From Betaproteobacteria bacterium (lineage in GTDB: Bacteria > Pseudomonadota > Gammaproteobacteria > Burkholderiales > SHXO01): 64,000 nt of DNA. The DNA lies in NCBI GenBank assembly GCA_025356655.1, contig JANXRW010000037.1, positions 17,175-81,174 on the forward strand, written 5' to 3'. Made by a program: the position numbers and the translations under genes. The notes beneath the pieces were generated by a model. It was given only the letters and a program-made list of their open reading frames with translations. It was not told the DNA's origin and searched no databases. Positions 1-8,946 of this stretch are shown here, in pieces; the first letter of the stretch is position 1; each line of letters opens with the position of its first letter.

Positions 1-378
1 GTTCTCGGGATCCGCCCGCATCCCCACCAAGTTCTGTACGGTGAGCATCACCAGCATGCATCCACTGCCGACGAGGGCCGCTGAGACCATGAGCGGCGCC
101 ACGTCTGCCGTCGCGTAGGGGAACATGGCCGGTAGCGCCAAGCCGCAGAGCATCAGCGTGAAGCCCAACAAGGTGGGACGCCAGGGGCCGGCGGCGTCGA
201 TCCAACGCCCCGCCGGCATGGCTATGAGCATGGGCACCAGGGAGAACAGGGCCAGGATGACGCCGACGGTGAAGGTAGAGGCCCGGTTCTCGAGCGCGTA
301 GAGTGAACTGGTTAGGCGAGCGCCCACCAAGGCCATGTGGGCAAGCACGCTCACGGCGATAATACGCGCCAAGTTCAT
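1..378 (-). CDS. MFS-type transporter, N-terminal 126 codons (gene runs off the left edge)
   Basis: The minus frame is open from ATG 378-376 to the window edge. My translation is MNLARIIAVSVLAHMALVGARLTSSLYALENRASTFTVGVILALFSLVPMLIAMPAGRWIDAAGPWRPTLLGF... It shows consecutive hydrophobic helices and an MFS motif-A-like loop (PAGRWIDAAG). It is absent from the ORF track because it has no stop in the window. Confidence 0.6.
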   Translation of the reverse strand, partial: MNLARIIAVSVLAHMALVGARLTSSLYALENRASTFTVGVILALFSLVPMLIAMPAGRWIDAAGPWRPTLLGFTLMLCGLALPAMFPYATADVAPLMVSAALVGSGCMLVMLTVQNLVGMRADPEN

Positions 379-1428
379 GCGGCCCGCCCACGGATTCGCC
401 CCAGCGTGCCTGCGCAAGGCCCGCCGGACCGGGGATGGGCGGCGGGGCTATTCGAAGCGAAAGCCCATCGTTCTGCAGTGATAGTAAAGTCCCCCGTCCT
501 GCACGATAAGTCGGTTGGCCGGCCAAGTCCCCTCGTTGTGGTGGGAGTGCCCCTGGGTTGCCGGGGTCACCATGGTAAGGTAGGGCGATCAATCCATACG
601 CATCGCGTTGACTCGGCAATGGCAACGATCCCCCTCCAGTGCCAGGGAGACGGGCACGGAGTTGTGGCCATGGGGTGGTTGGTGGCCGCGGGGCACCATT
701 GGGTTCATAGCCAGGTTGAGGGTCGGGGAGATATACCGGCGCCCTTCCAACCCGGCCGTGGAGAAGACGGCGGCGAGTCCTGCCCCCCGCCCGTGGCCTG
801 AGCCGCTCCCGAGTGCACTTCACCCCCTGTGCGATGACCGCCGCCGGAAGACGCTCTGCTTCCACCCGTGCCTCACCGCCTGCTGGCGGCGAGAACCGCT
901 CAAAGCGCCGCTGGGGATCATTGCTGACCACCGACAGCACACTGCCTTAAAGGGCACTAGCGATCAGGATCGGCGACCCGCCCAGGAGGCTCACCCCGAT
1001 CGTCGGCCCCCCCCGGACTAGGCTTTCCTGCTGGCACCCCAACTCACCCGCGCATAGCAGGCCAGAAGCGGGGGCGAGGTGGCGGAGAACTCCAATCCGA
1101 GAGCCAGGCCCCAGTCGCAAGCTATAAGGGCCGTCCCAGTGGCCGGTTCCAAGGCCCGGTCCTCCACCGCGAAGCTCACGGCGGCAACTTCCGGATAGGC
1201 CTGATAAAAGGCAGTGGCCAGGTCGAAATACCGCCCGCGACCAGGGTAGGGATCCGGCGTTGTTAGCTCGGTGCTCGGAGCCATGTACTCTGCCCTTTCC
1301 CGCCATTGACTTGCCCGATTGTAGTGCCGAAGGGCCCGTGGCGGCGCGCTGAGCCGGCGGTGGTCGCTAGGCCCGCGGCGGCCTCTTGACCGAGGATCAA
1401 CTCGCCCGGGGCGAAGAACTCCATAGTC

Positions 1429-1457
1429 GTAATCCCCCGGGAAAACTGGGGGATTAC
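1429..1457. repeat. Perfect 10-bp inverted repeat (GTAATCCCCC / GGGGGATTAC) with a 9-nt loop
   Basis: Read directly from the sequence. It lies in a stretch with no convincing gene and has no U-tract on either side. Confidence 0.5.
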
Positions 1458-2004
1458 CGGTAGATTCGGCCGAGCCGCCTTTCTGGCTCGCGATCACGAG
1501 CGTTTTCCCCTAAAAAGAGAATGCGGCATTTCAGTTTTTCAAGGAAGCTGGAATGTATGCAGCCGCGCACCAGGAGCAATGACGCTGACAGGCAAGTTGC
1601 GTATACGCCGCGAGTGAAAGCCGTGTTCGTCAAACTTCCCGCTCTTGCTAAATACCGGGATCACCACCCCACCCACAATGCCTTCGTCGCCCTGCCGGCG
1701 GATCTGATGAAGGCGCCGACGGCCGGGGATGCCATCGCGGGCACCGGCGGCCTCCGCAAGCCCGGCGTCACCGTCCTCGCCCCAGGGGCCGTCTTGCAGA
1801 TGAGGACGTCTGGATAGCGTAAGTCCACGCGATCCGCATAGGTCTCGAAGGCGCGAGTGGCGCAAACGTGGACTTCCTGGGCATTTCGGCGTCTGGGGGC
1901 TAAATTCGACCCCACGGACGCGGTCATTGGCATGCCCCGGGGAGACTGCGGCGGCCAATTTCATTGCGCGCACACATAGCTTGTAAGTGAGGCGAGCAAC
2001 TGGC

Positions 2005-2781
2005 ATGATGACCTCATCAGCAGCTAATATGGTCACCAGAATGGCTCACCTCCAGGGAAGATTGCCTGTTACTGCGGCCCCAGTCGCGCCGATCGTGCGC
2101 CGGAAACTCGGCCAGGAAGTTCAGGACCGCCTGTTGGCCGACATCAGGGCCGGGGTGTATCCCGTAGGCTGCCTCCTGCCGTCTGAGCGAGAACTGATGG
2201 CGCAGTTCGGCGTCGGCCGCCCGGCAATACGCGAAGGTCTGCAGGCTCTGGAGGGCATGGGCTTGGTATCCATTACGCACGGCGAGGGGACCCGGGTGCA
2301 ACCGCTGTCGGCCGATTCAGTGATTTCGCAGATCTCTGCGAGCGTCATTCACCTGCTAGCAGGCGACGGCCGCCTGCTCGACCACCTGAAGGAAGCCCGC
2401 CTCGCATTTGAAACCGCGATGGCCCGGTCGGCAGCCGCCCGCGCGACCCCGGATGACGTCGCCCGACTGAGAGCCGCGCTGGACACCCACCAGGGCAGCC
2501 TCGGCAATCCGACGCGTTTTCTGGAAACCGACCTCGAACTGCATCGAGTTATTGCGACCATTTCGGGCAATGCGGTCTATGTCGCACTGTCGCACGCGAT
2601 GCTCCAGTGGCTCAGCAACTTTCACCAGGATCTGGTTCGCGCCCCCGGGGCGGAGGCGGTCACCTTTGCCGAGCACGTGCGCCTCGTCGAGTGCATCGCG
2701 CGCAACGATGCCGAGGGTGCCGCGCAGGCCATGGAAGAGCACTTGACGCGGGCCAATCAGATTTATCGCATCGCCCCTTGA
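2005..2781 (+). CDS. GntR/FadR-family transcriptional regulator (wHTH plus FCD-type C-terminal domain)
   Basis: From ORF 1987..2781. It has a GntR helix-turn-helix signature (LPSERELMAQFGVGRPAIREGLQALEGMGLVSITHGEGTRV) followed by an all-helical ligand domain. The start is ambiguous (GTG 1987; ATG 2005, 2008, 2029 or 2041). Confidence 0.85.
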   Translation: MMTSSAANMVTRMAHLQGRLPVTAAPVAPIVRRKLGQEVQDRLLADIRAGVYPVGCLLPSERELMAQFGVGRPAIREGLQALEGMGLVSITHGEGTRVQPLSADSVISQISASVIHLLAGDGRLLDHLKEARLAFETAMARSAAARATPDDVARLRAALDTHQGSLGNPTRFLETDLELHRVIATISGNAVYVALSHAMLQWLSNFHQDLVRAPGAEAVTFAEHVRLVECIARNDAEGAAQAMEEHLTRANQIYRIAP

Positions 2782-3140
2782 ACGGCCCCCGAACCTTACC
2801 GACGCCAGACTGGAATGAAGACGAACGACGCCGCGCTCCAAAGGCCCAGGGTCGAAGGAAAGCGACGCCACGCGGCCGCGTTCCAGAGCACCGTCGTCGG
2901 AGCAAGCGATTGGTGTCGCGTTTCCCGCGTCCACCGAATCGCGAAGGGATGTCGGAATCCCCATCGCCGTGGATTCACACTGTCCTCGTTGGAAGGAGGT
3001 AAAAACTAGAGAAGAAACCATTTCATGCAGCGTTTCCCGTGCTCTGGGTTGACGGCGCCACATGCTCAAGCTATCCGTGGGTTGGCCAAGTCGACGTTTT
3101 TTGGATATTCATTTACAACATGACAGGTGAGGACATACGG

Positions 3141-4820
3141 ATGAACCCGAAATCCAAGGTTCTGACTATCGCGATGCTGCTGACAGCGGCATCGACTGCC
3201 TTTGCGTCCGACTGGGGCGTCTACGGCGGCGATAGCGGCAATACTCGTTACAGCGAGGCAAAGCAAGTCACTCCCGCCAACGTGACCGGGCTCAAGGTGG
3301 CGTTTGCGGTCCAACTCGGCACCAACCGCTCGCAGGAATCGACGCCGATTTTGGTCGGGGACACGCTTATTGTCACCTCCTCCTTCGGCCCGAAGAACGT
3401 CATCGCCGTAAACGCGAAGACGGGCGATCTGAAGTGGAAATATTCGCCCGACATCCCGCGAAACGTTGACCAATTCACTTGCTGCGACGTCGACAACCGC
3501 GGTGTAGCGCACGCGGACGGTCGAGTGTTCGTTGGCCGACTCGATGCCAAGCTGACCGCACTCGATGTGAAGACCGGCAAGGAACTGTGGACCTCCACGG
3601 TGATGGATTACTCGCAGGGCTCGGCTATCACCTCGCCACCGACAATCGCCAAGAACCTCGTGATCACCGGCTATGCCGGCGGCGAATTCGGGGTGCGCGG
3701 CGCACTGGTTGCCTTCGACCAGCAAACGGGCAAGGAAGTATGGCGCACCCATACGGTTCCGCTGGGCAACGAGCCAGGCGCGGAGACGTGGAAAGGGGAC
3801 TCCGGAAAAACCGGTGGCGGTACCGCCTGGCTCATCGGGTCCTATGATCCCAAGCTGAATCTCGTGTACTACGGTACTTCGAACCCCGCCCCCTGGTCCG
3901 CGGCTGTTCGCGGCAACGACAGCGTGGACATCGGTGCCTATACCAACCTCCACACGGCGTCCGTCCTGGCCGTAAATCCCGATACCGGGGCGATTCAGTG
4001 GCACTATCAATTCACACCGCACGATGCTTGGGATTACGACGGCGTGAACGAGTTGGTGTTCGCCGATCTTCCGGTGGAAGGCAAGACGACGCCGGTCATC
4101 ATGCAGGCGAACCGTAACGGGTTCTTCTACGTGATCGAACGCGCGACCGGAAAGCTGATCTCCGCCAAGCCGTTCGTCGACGGCGTTAACTGGGCCTCGG
4201 GCATCGACATGAGCACGGGCCGTCCGATCGAGGCCGCCAATAGCGTCAAGCGTCCCGGTCTGAACCGCCAGGCCAAGGACATCTGTCCTAACCTGATCGG
4301 CGGCAAAAACTGGATCCCCATGAGCTACAACAAGCTCACCGGTCTGGTGTACATCCCGACCGAAAACCTATGCATGGACATGATAGGAACCAAGGAAGAA
4401 TACAAGCGCGGCCAGTTCTACCTCGCGGTCAACTTCGACCTCGGTAAGTTGGGACCGGGTGGCCACGGCGGCGGCTTGAAGGCTTGGGACCCCGTCAATC
4501 AGAGGGAAGTATGGTTCTATAAAGAGCCGCTGCCACTGTCAGGTGGAACTATAACCACCGCGTCGGGCTTGGTGTTCCAAGGCGATGTGGCTGGAAAGTT
4601 CCGCGCATTCGATGCGAAGAACGGAAAAATCCTGTGGGAGTTCAACACGGGGTCGGGAATCATGGCCGCCCCGATGACCTACACGATTGACGGGAAGCAA
4701 TACGTCGCTGTGGTCTCTGGACGTACGCAATCCATCCCGGCCTTCTACGGGGAAATCGGCGAACGCATGTACGCCGCCAGCCCCGAAGGCGGCACCATGT
4801 TCGTGTTCTCGCTGAACTGA
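3141..4820 (+). CDS. PQQ-dependent alcohol (methanol/ethanol family) dehydrogenase, lanthanide-type (XoxF/PedH-like)
   Basis: From ORF 3039..4820.
- ATG 3141 follows AGGTGAGGA.
- Sec signal MNPKSKVLTIAMLLTAASTAFA.
- Vicinal Cys-Cys FTCCDVDNRG (TGC TGC at 3480-3485).
- GGEFGVRG, SNPAPW and WDYDG (4029-4043) motifs. Confidence 0.9.
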   Translation: MNPKSKVLTIAMLLTAASTAFASDWGVYGGDSGNTRYSEAKQVTPANVTGLKVAFAVQLGTNRSQESTPILVGDTLIVTSSFGPKNVIAVNAKTGDLKWKYSPDIPRNVDQFTCCDVDNRGVAHADGRVFVGRLDAKLTALDVKTGKELWTSTVMDYSQGSAITSPPTIAKNLVITGYAGGEFGVRGALVAFDQQTGKEVWRTHTVPLGNEPGAETWKGDSGKTGGGTAWLIGSYDPKLNLVYYGTSNPAPWSAAVRGNDSVDIGAYTNLHTASVLAVNPDTGAIQWHYQFTPHDAWDYDGVNELVFADLPVEGKTTPVIMQANRNGFFYVIERATGKLISAKPFVDGVNWASGIDMSTGRPIEAANSVKRPGLNRQAKDICPNLIGGKNWIPMSYNKLTGLVYIPTENLCMDMIGTKEEYKRGQFYLAVNFDLGKLGPGGHGGGLKAWDPVNQREVWFYKEPLPLSGGTITTASGLVFQGDVAGKFRAFDAKNGKILWEFNTGSGIMAAPMTYTIDGKQYVAVVSGRTQSIPAFYGEIGERMYAASPEGGTMFVFSLN

Positions 4821-4835
4821 TAGGAAGTCGACGTG

Positions 4836-6044
4836 ATGCCCAAATTGTTTGCCTTCAGAAACGCCGTCCAACTGGCGGTGACGCTTTTTATGGTCGCGGC
4901 GTCCTCGCTGGCGATGGCCGAGCCCCTGCGGGTGTGCTCGGATCCCGACAATCTTCCGTTCAGCAAAGCCGAGGGATCCGCAAGAGGCTTGTATGTGGAA
5001 CTGGCGGATCTGATCGGCAAGCGTTTGGGCGTCACGATCGAATACGTGTGGTACCTGACGTACAACCAGCGTCGCGCCCTGCGCAACACCATGGACGGGT
5101 GCGATGCCTATTTTGCACTGCCGCTTGACCCGAACTACAAGATCGACGGTGCCGATAAGACCGTAGCGTTTCTGGACGTGCGCTACGCTGTGGTCTCCCG
5201 GCCAGAATGGGCAATTACGAAGATCGACGACCTGAGGGGAAAGACCCTCGGCGTGACGTACAACTCAACCCCGCAGATCTACTTCTCCAATCTCGAAGGC
5301 TTCCGCGTCAAGTCCTACCGCGACTCTCAGGAGGTCATTGCCGCCATCGAGGCCGGGGATATCGACGCAGGCGTGCTTTGGGGACCGCACATCGGATTCC
5401 TCAATAACACGACTTACCACGGATACTGGCGACTCACACCCCTTGCGGGCAAGGGTCTGGGGGGGCCGGTAGCCATTGCCGTGCGTAGGGGGAATGCGGC
5501 GCTGAAGGACCAGATCAACGAGGCCCTCGAGGCGCTGCGGCCCGAGATCATTGAGTTGGCGAAAAAATTCGGGTTCCCGACCGGTGTCCCCCTGGTTGTG
5601 GAGCCGTCCGGTATTGGGCAGCTCCCCCCAAATGGGGCGATCACATCGGGTGGCGCCGCGGCTGACCACCCGAGTGGGGGGGGGTCCGTTGACGCGGGCG
5701 AAGATGACACAAAGGATCTCCGACGCTACCTTCGTCGCGTGAATGATGCGACCAGCGATCGCGGTGACGAGCGAGTGAGCGCGGAAGCGGACATGGAGGA
5801 CACTCGGGCCATGTTCAACAGCCGCTGTGCCCATTGCCATTCGCGAAATGGTGCTAGCCCGCAGCCTGAGCGCGACTTACGGCGGCTGCGCAGCCGCTAC
5901 GCCGACGACTGGCGCAATGTGGCCAGAACCACGATCATCAACGGGCGGTCCGGGTACGGCATGCCGAACTGGGGCGAGACCTTGTCGCAGCAGGAAATCG
6001 ACAACGTGCTCGCATTCCTCGAGACGATCCAGAGAAAACCCTGA
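4836..6044 (+). CDS. Fusion protein: MoxJ/XoxJ-like periplasmic binding domain, low-complexity linker, C-terminal class I cytochrome c
   Basis: From ORF 4833..6044.
- ATG 4836 lies 8 nt after AGGAAG.
- The signal peptide ends in AMA.
- The N-terminal ~265 aa resemble the quinoprotein-dehydrogenase-associated binding protein (LRVCSDPDNLPFSKAEG...).
- The linker is GIGQLPPNGAITSGGAAADHPSGGGSVDAGEDD.
- The heme motif CAHCH is at 5826-5840, with the distal Met in GMPNWG.
- There is no second signal peptide before the cytochrome domain. Confidence 0.8.
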   Translation: MPKLFAFRNAVQLAVTLFMVAASSLAMAEPLRVCSDPDNLPFSKAEGSARGLYVELADLIGKRLGVTIEYVWYLTYNQRRALRNTMDGCDAYFALPLDPNYKIDGADKTVAFLDVRYAVVSRPEWAITKIDDLRGKTLGVTYNSTPQIYFSNLEGFRVKSYRDSQEVIAAIEAGDIDAGVLWGPHIGFLNNTTYHGYWRLTPLAGKGLGGPVAIAVRRGNAALKDQINEALEALRPEIIELAKKFGFPTGVPLVVEPSGIGQLPPNGAITSGGAAADHPSGGGSVDAGEDDTKDLRRYLRRVNDATSDRGDERVSAEADMEDTRAMFNSRCAHCHSRNGASPQPERDLRRLRSRYADDWRNVARTTIINGRSGYGMPNWGETLSQQEIDNVLAFLETIQRKP

Positions 6045-6931
6045 AGCGTTGACCGGCACCCTACCGGTCGTGGCGGCGCCTATCGCCCGCCTTTGCCAAG
6101 ACCCACAGCGGAGAAGGGCCAAGGCGCGTCGGCATGGCAAAGCAGACACCCCTGGAGGCCAGCGGAACGCTCAGGGACGGCCCAGGCGGTGCAGCCGAGG
6201 AGGACCTAGTCAGGGGCCATGTCGCGATCAAAGGGCATGGGGGTACCTCGAGGGCATCTCCAACGCCGGTTGTGATTGAGATCAACGCGCCGAGTCTTAA
6301 GCAGGCGTAGCCCGAGGCGCTTATTTGCCCTTTCGAAAGTTGAGTGGGTGGCGAACGGGTGAGTGGGAGCACGCGCAGCGCGGGGTAGGCCTCGCCCCCG
6401 GCAGCCAGCCGGTGCATAAAACGGCGTTCTTCGGCCCGACTCCGCGACGCCACCTTGACTCATCATCAGTTCTACTGCGCCGCTCGGGGCATCTCCGATC
6501 CTTCGGTGCGTTTTAGGGCGTTCGTTTCGATCTCAGCCGGAAGACCCTGAATATCGACCTCGACTTCAAGCCCGCCGCGGTTCGCGCACCCTGGCGACGA
6601 CCTCATCTGAGTTCGCCCGTCCGGCTCGACTACACGCCGCTTGAAGCGCCGCCTGTCGCCCGCAAGCGCATTCAGAATGCCGGCGTGCGGTTCGACCAAA
6701 CCGGCCGCACTGCGAAGAGCGACGGCAAAGGCCGGCTCATGCGAGCAATTCCTCTTGACGCAGGGCTTTGACCCGCGGTGGCTGGCAAGGGATGCGGTCC
6801 AAGCGGTCCAGGACACCAACATCGATTCATGACCGCCCGGGCCGGAGGCTTGGGAATCGACTGGGGGATGTTGACCCGGCCACAGGTGGAGGAGTTTTAC
6901 CTGGCCACCAGGGCTGTGGCGCGTCGTCAAA

Positions 6932-7820
6932 TTGGGCGACGAGCTACGGCGCACCTGGAACGAAGCGGTCGTTCGCTGGCTCAAGGAGCAGTCGCACAAG
7001 GCTACGGCCGATGAAGATATTTCGAAGGTTCGTTGGGTCGATCAGTTCTTGGGCGGTAAGGAGCTCGCGACGATCAATCGTGCCCTGATCGACAAGATTA
7101 CGGAAGCGAAGCTCGCGCGAGGGGTGTGCAATGCGACCGTCGATCGGACGCTGGAGCTGTTGCGCGCGGTGCTGCGCAAGTGCGTCAACGAGCGGGAATG
7201 GTTGGGTCGGACGCCCAAAGTGCGCATGCTGCATGAACCGAACCGGCGCATCCGCTTTTTGACGCAAGCAGAGGCGCGGCGGATTTTTGGCCGAGTTGCC
7301 GGAGCATTTGGCAGACATGGCGGCGTTCTCTTTGGCGACTGGATTACGGGCGTCGAACGTCACCGGCCTGCTGCGGCGGTCGCGGGTGGATTTGGGGCAC
7401 CGGCGGGCATGGATTCATCCCGACGAGGCAAAGGCGCGCCGAGCAATCGCGGTGCCGCTGGATGCCGAGGCCGTTGCCTTGATCCACAAGCAGTTGGGCA
7501 AGCATCGGGAGTATGTCTTCAGCTAACGCGGTCAGCCGGTGGTTCAGCTGAGGACGAAAGCCTGTTACGCAGCGCTGGGGCGCGCCGGCATCACGGATTT
7601 TCGCTGGCACGCTCTGCGGCATACCTGGGCGAGCTGGCACATGCAAAGCGATACGCCCTTGGTGGTGCTGCAGGAGCTGGGGGGTTGGGAGAGTGCCGAA
7701 ATGGTGTGGCGGTACGCGTACCTGTCGACCGATGACCTAATAACACCCTATGCAGAGCACTTGGGGGTGGTTCGGTCCGGTGCTTTGGCCGTTGACGGCA
7801 CACATCCATCACAGGCCTAA
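6932..7820 (+). pseudogene. Tyrosine recombinase / phage-type integrase, inactivated
   Basis: The protein is split over three frames:
- 6932-~7285 (...NRRIRFLTQAEARRIF);
- 7287-7526 (AELPEHLADMAAFSLATGLRASNV...HREYVFS, then TAA at 7524-7526);
- 7539-7820 ([16 protein letters not shown]...[15 protein letters not shown]).
The R / HxxR / Y catalytic set is present. It is broken by one frameshift (~7275-7290) and one in-frame stop. Confidence 0.85.
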
Positions 7821-7860
7821 AAAGACGAAGGGCCTGCACGAATGCAAGCCCTAGGTTTTA
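7819..7860 (-). terminator. Rho-independent (bidirectional) terminator after tRNA-fMet and the integrase remnant
   Basis: Stem GGGCCTGCA (7830-7838) / TGCAAGCCC (7843-7851) with one mismatch and loop CGAA. A U-run follows on the minus sense (plus-strand AAAAAGACGAA at 7819-7829). TAGGTTTTA follows on the plus sense. Confidence 0.7.
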
Positions 7861-7861
7861 C

Positions 7862-7938
<77 letters not shown>

Positions 7939-7954
7939 TCCGTTTGAGTCAGCA

Positions 7955-7983
7955 ACTATAGCAGTCCGCAGCGCTATCGTCAA
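7955..7983 (-). promoter_or_regulatory. Sigma-70 promoter of tRNA-fMet (TTGACG-N17-TATAGT)
   Basis: The minus sense reads TTGACG (7983-7978), a 17-nt spacer, then TATAGT (7960-7955). The -10 element ends 16 nt upstream of the mature tRNA 5' end. Confidence 0.75.
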
Positions 7984-8303
7984 TAGCAAGGCAGCTCACT
8001 CGTCCCTGCGAGCGCAGCGCGGGCCTTACCCGGGATTCCCGGCGGGCCGCGGAGCTATTTAAGCACAGCACCCCAAAACTGCCTCGTACTCGAGGAGCGC
8101 TCAGCACCCTCACCCGAAGCTCCGCGCAGGCCGCGCGCCTTACATTGGCCGCAGCCCTGGCCGTCCGCGCGACTACGCCAGCCCGATGCCCAAGCGGTGC
8201 CGCACTTGCCCGCGTGGTCCGCTCGCCCGTTAGGCAAAGCAAGCTTAGATCAGGCAGCAGGGAGCCCAGCGGTCGCCGCCGGGCCGTTGCGTTGCGGGCC
8301 CCT

Positions 8304-8939
8304 TCAGTCCTTGCCGATGACCCATTCCAGCACGGGCTCCCACTGCTCTCGATCACGCTGACTGAGCGAGGGGGGCAGATCGAAGACGCTCATGCCACCA
8401 AAAGCAGCGTTGGGATAAACCTGGCTATCGCGAAGGTAGGCGAGCACGGGAAGATCGAACTGGGCGAGGTAGCTGCCCAGGGTCGCAGCGGCCCGGGTCC
8501 GCGGGTCCACACGCATGCCGAGCAGCCCTACGGGGCTTCGGCTCTTGCGCACGGGCTTCTCTTCGCGCAACTGCTCCAGGAAGGTACCGCTCGCCGCCAT
8601 GTCAAACACCGACGGTTGTACCGGGACCAGAACCTTGTCGGCATGCCGCACCGACTGGGTCAGCCCCCGCCCGTGTAGGCCGGCCGGGGAATCGATGACC
8701 AAGAAGGCGCGCTTTAGTGCCGGAGGCAGTTCATCTTCGAGGCGCTGGTCAAGGCGACGAATCAGCGGCAATTCGGCCGGACGCATGGAGAGCCAGCCCA
8801 AGGCGGAGCGCTGCCGGTCGAGATCCCATAAGAAAACCTGCTCCCCACGGCATGCCAGCGCACCCGCCAAATTGGTCGCTACCGTGGTCTTTCCTGCCCC
8901 GCCCTTGGGGTTCACCACCAGCACCGAGCGCATCGCCAC
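8304..8939 (-). CDS. ParA/MinD-family ATPase (orphan; no ParB in the window)
   Basis: From ORF 8304..8939. It has the deviant Walker A VVNPKGGAGKTTVATNLA, plus DLDRQRS and FLVIDSPAG. GGAGGA lies about 6 nt upstream of ATG 8939. The gene starts 7 nt after the scpB stop. Confidence 0.85.
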   Translation of the reverse strand: MAMRSVLVVNPKGGAGKTTVATNLAGALACRGEQVFLWDLDRQRSALGWLSMRPAELPLIRRLDQRLEDELPPALKRAFLVIDSPAGLHGRGLTQSVRHADKVLVPVQPSVFDMAASGTFLEQLREEKPVRKSRSPVGLLGMRVDPRTRAAATLGSYLAQFDLPVLAYLRDSQVYPNAAFGGMSVFDLPPSLSQRDREQWEPVLEWVIGKD

Positions 8940-8946
8940 TCCTCCG

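Noticed and set aside
1018-1497. A 159-aa minus-strand ORF and overlapping ORFs at 337-801, 608-1021, 947-1306 and 1539-2036.
   Set aside because: They are mutually overlapping, low-complexity and without motifs. The region is treated as decayed or non-coding (see the finding for 379-1986).
2991-3123. A strong SD-like GGAAGGAGGT (2991-3000) and a 32-codon ORF (3025-3123) upstream of the PQQ dehydrogenase, considered as a possible leader peptide.
   Set aside because: No start codon lies 5-12 nt after the SD-like sequence; the ATG is 24 nt away. The peptide (MQRFPCSGLTAPHAQAIRGLAKSTFFGYSFTT) has no recognisable feature.
5676-5684. G/C homopolymers of 8 nt or more (5676-5684, 30973-30980, 49931-39 and others near 1007, 50087 and 58168), considered as a phase-variation system.
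   Set aside because: A rough independent-base estimate with G and C each at about one third predicts on the order of ten such runs in 64 kb. Their number is therefore not remarkable. I kept them only as caveats for individual genes.
1-7861. A direct repeat of the tRNA-fMet 3' end (attL/attR) delimiting an island.
   Set aside because: I could not find a copy of TGGTTGCGGGGGCAGGATTTGAACC or a substantial part of it by eye. This needs a computational search. The island idea is kept only as a low-confidence hypothesis.
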